Source: Tubulanus polymorphus (taxonomy: Eukaryota > Animalia > Nemertea). From it: a DNA stretch of 64,000 bases. Both the position numbers and the translations under genes were made by a program. Below the pieces are notes generated by a model that was given only the letters and a program-made list of their open reading frames with translations, had not been told where the DNA came from and searched no databases. The stretch is taken from positions 27,314,150-27,378,149 of the forward strand of contig NC_134026.1 in assembly GCF_964204645.1 (NCBI RefSeq), given 5' to 3'. Shown one piece after another: positions 61,604 to 64,000 of the stretch; within the stretch, counting starts at the first letter, position 1; each line of letters begins with the position of its first letter.

Positions 61604-63632
61604 ATGGCCGCGCCCATGGACCTCGGGGTTACGAGTCATTTTATCAATTCAAACAACAAATTACGTAGTAATCAATTGAAATTGATCTCAAAACGTAAAT
61701 ATATACCGAGAAACAAGTTTGGTAAAAGTGCATATCCGCACCTCTCCGCGTAAACGGTTCAATCATTTACGTTCAATATCATTGTTTCAGATTCAAAATG
61801 TCATCAGCAATTCAGTACATTGCCATTGGTTAATTTTAAGATATCTTCACTTAGAGAGAGTAGAAAGATTTTAGACAGGATTCTGTCAGTGTCATTCAGC
61901 AGATTGCGTCAATCACAAGAGGTGCGGATCTGCACTTTTACCACAAGTTTTCCTCCATCAGACATACCAGCTACAAATACATGATTCAATTTTTAATTAC
62001 TCCATTGTATTTGATAATGAATTATACGATTTTTATTCAGTAGTCTGTGTCTATACTGTTAAGTTAGCAATTCATTAAACCTGCTACTTATTTTGTAGTT
62101 GGTTATAGAACTGTGGCGTTGGACAATTTTGTTGAAGACCTCATGGCAATGAAGAAGTCTAAAAAGGGCAAAAATGAGGAGGTAATAGTGGTTGGGTAGA
62201 CTATCTATCTCTAAAAATAGTAAATAAAAGGATCAAGTCAGGATGACTGGGTCCAGGAAACAATCTGTTAATCAATATGTATTTTTGAAAATGCACTTGT
62301 TATGCTTTTGCTTTCTCATAGATCAAAGTAATTGACCCGGAATCACTGAAAATACCAGTTGATAAAGAACTCGAGAAATATTTCAAGGTAATTAATGATA
62401 AAAAGACTGATATCGAAACACAACCTTCATCATCAAAAATGATGTATTGATTCCTTTTCAGAGCACAGCTGGAGGCAATGTAAAACAATACACTAGATTA
62501 ACCACAGTTCTACATGACCCAGGAGTAAGAAGAAGAATGGTATGAATTCTATTATAGGGTTTACATATACCAGTATATTGAGATTTGATAGTTAATTCCG
62601 TCTTGTCTCAAATTATAGCAAAATCCTGATGTGCAAAAGTATGATATCTTAGCTGTTCAGCCTACTGATGACAAAATGTTTTTAGTAAGTGTTCTGGATA
62701 AGAATTAACCAAATGATTGTCATTCTTTGAAACATTGTTTTAATTCCATTGTAGTTGGCATGTCAGCAATGTGATGTTGATATCATTTCCCTGAAGCTAA
62801 CTTCTAGATTGGATTTTAACGTTAAACGCAAAATAGTTAAATTAGTAAGTTAAAAATTCGTTGAACGTCTAAGACAATGCCTTTAATCATAGTAGTGAGA
62901 TTTTGATTATTTGTTCTAGGCTGTGGAAAGAGGAATCCATTTCGAAATAAGTTACAGTCCAATGATTACAGATAGCTCATCTAGGCAACAAGTACTGTCC
63001 AATGCCTTAGAACTCAATAAAGTTTGCAAAGGAAAGGTAGGTCTCTACAACAGATACAATGTACAAATATTTTTGTCTTGAAGAAAAGTTGAGTTTGTAC
63101 ATGGGATTTCCAATTATTTGTATTTTTAGAACATCATAATCTCCAGTCAAAGTGAAAAGGTAAATAATACATGTTTATCAGTTTGCTTAGTTCAGCATTC
63201 TCAGAAAACTACATTGATTATGTAAATCATTGATGTGATTGCCAAACCTGTACTAGTAGCCTAATTGGTAAAGCGGTCTGTAATTTTGCAGAGAGTTGTG
63301 GGTTCAAATCCCACCTGGTATTTGGCTTCACATTCAATGTTTTTTTACTGAAGGACTGAAGCTAGAATTATATTTTGAATAACCATTAAATAATCTAATT
63401 TCAGACATCAGTTTGCCTGTACATAATTTAATTTCTATTTTGCAGTTTATGGGTGTGAGGAGCTACTACGATGTAAAGAATCTGTATCCTTTTAATTTGA
63501 TGAATATTATTATTTTATTCTTTTGTTGTTTGTAATCCTTCATTCATCACAGTTGTTGTCTTTTTGGAATGTCTGAAAAAGAAGCAAAGGATGCTCTCAC
63601 AGTGAACTGTGCTGCAGTGTTAAAACATGCAG
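61604..63632 (+). CDS. RPP30: Ribonuclease P/MRP protein subunit p30 (3'-incomplete, continues past the window)
   Basis: Exons 61604-61694, 62099-62181, 62322-62387, 62462-62539, 62619-62684, 62755-62844, 62920-63036, 63130-63159, 63446-63483, 63553-63632. LGYRTVAL, YTRLT, YDILAVQP, AVERGIHFEISYSPMI, CKGKNIIISS, RSYYDVKNLCCLFGMSEKEAKDALTVNC. Confidence 0.92.
61721..61942. mobile_element. MITE with 25-bp TIRs and 8-bp TSD (Merlin-like termini)
   Basis: ggtaaaagtgcatatccgcacctct / agaggtgcggatctgcacttttacc (1 mismatch); ACAAGTTT direct repeat at 61713-61720 and 61943-61950. Confidence 0.85.
63251..63320 (+). other. tRNA-like cloverleaf (pseudo-tRNA or tRNA-derived SINE head) in RPP30 intron 8
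   Basis: A-box TAGCCTAATTGG, B-box/T-arm gtggg-TTCAAAT-cccac, stems tactag/ctggta and tctgta/tgcaga; non-canonical anticodon loop; T-run at ~63340. Confidence 0.65.
63484..63552 (+). other. U12-type (minor spliceosome) GT-AG intron in RPP30
   Basis: 5' site GTATCCTTTT; branch-like ATCCTTCAT just before CAG; splicing restores the frame KNL|CCLFG. Confidence 0.88.
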
Positions 63633-64000
63633 GTGAGTACAAATACATGTATTTTAGTCAACTAGAACTAATCTTAAATCCATATCACTCAGTGCCAAGC
63701 TTTTTAGTATGGATTAAGTGATATATGGATTATAGATAATCCATAGTTCTACAAATTTTACCTAATTGGAACTATGATGTTAGCCTATAACCCGTATGAT
63801 AGCCTGTTTGGGTATACTGCAGTGCCTGTCCATACACAGTTACATTTTGAAATTTTGCTGCAAATATATGTTCTAGATTCCAGTGACACATTAATTTGGA
63901 CGAGACAACAACTACAGAATAAGTGATAATAGTACAGATCATCGAGTCTGAATTAGACAGCAACATGGGACCGATTTACCAAGGTTATTAACCCAGTAGT

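Noticed and set aside
63251-63320. Functional tRNA gene
   Set aside because: Acceptor stem is short and the anticodon loop non-canonical; kept only as tRNA-like.

Overview
AT-rich animal (invertebrate, probably spiralian) genomic DNA with short GT-AG introns; the ORF track mostly shows exon/intron read-through. Exon models built by hand give, in order: a protein 4.1/coracle FERM gene (+, ~1351-14876) with many symmetric cassette exons; SPO11 (+, 17416-24990), whose start codon appears split by intron 1; a 14-exon CYP3-clan P450 (-, 31515-34498) with an aberrant I-helix and a GA donor; a Sam68/KHDRBS STAR gene (-, 44653-49225) with no visible QUA1; two tandem single-LDLa type I membrane genes (+); a small TM protein with two PY motifs (+); beta-TrCP (-, 57896-61346); and RPP30 (+, from 61604, head-to-head with beta-TrCP, running off the window) with a U12 intron. 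Non-coding elements: Penelope-type minimal hammerhead ribozymes (one intact, two degenerate), a 225-bp element that is both tandem and dispersed, pogo/Tc1-like and Merlin-like MITEs, a CR1/L2 LINE fragment, a tRNA-like cloverleaf in an RPP30 intron and twin CTCF-like sites. The stretches 25-31.4 kb and 34.6-43 kb hold only orphan exon-like segments. No database searches were run; all family calls come from recognised motifs.
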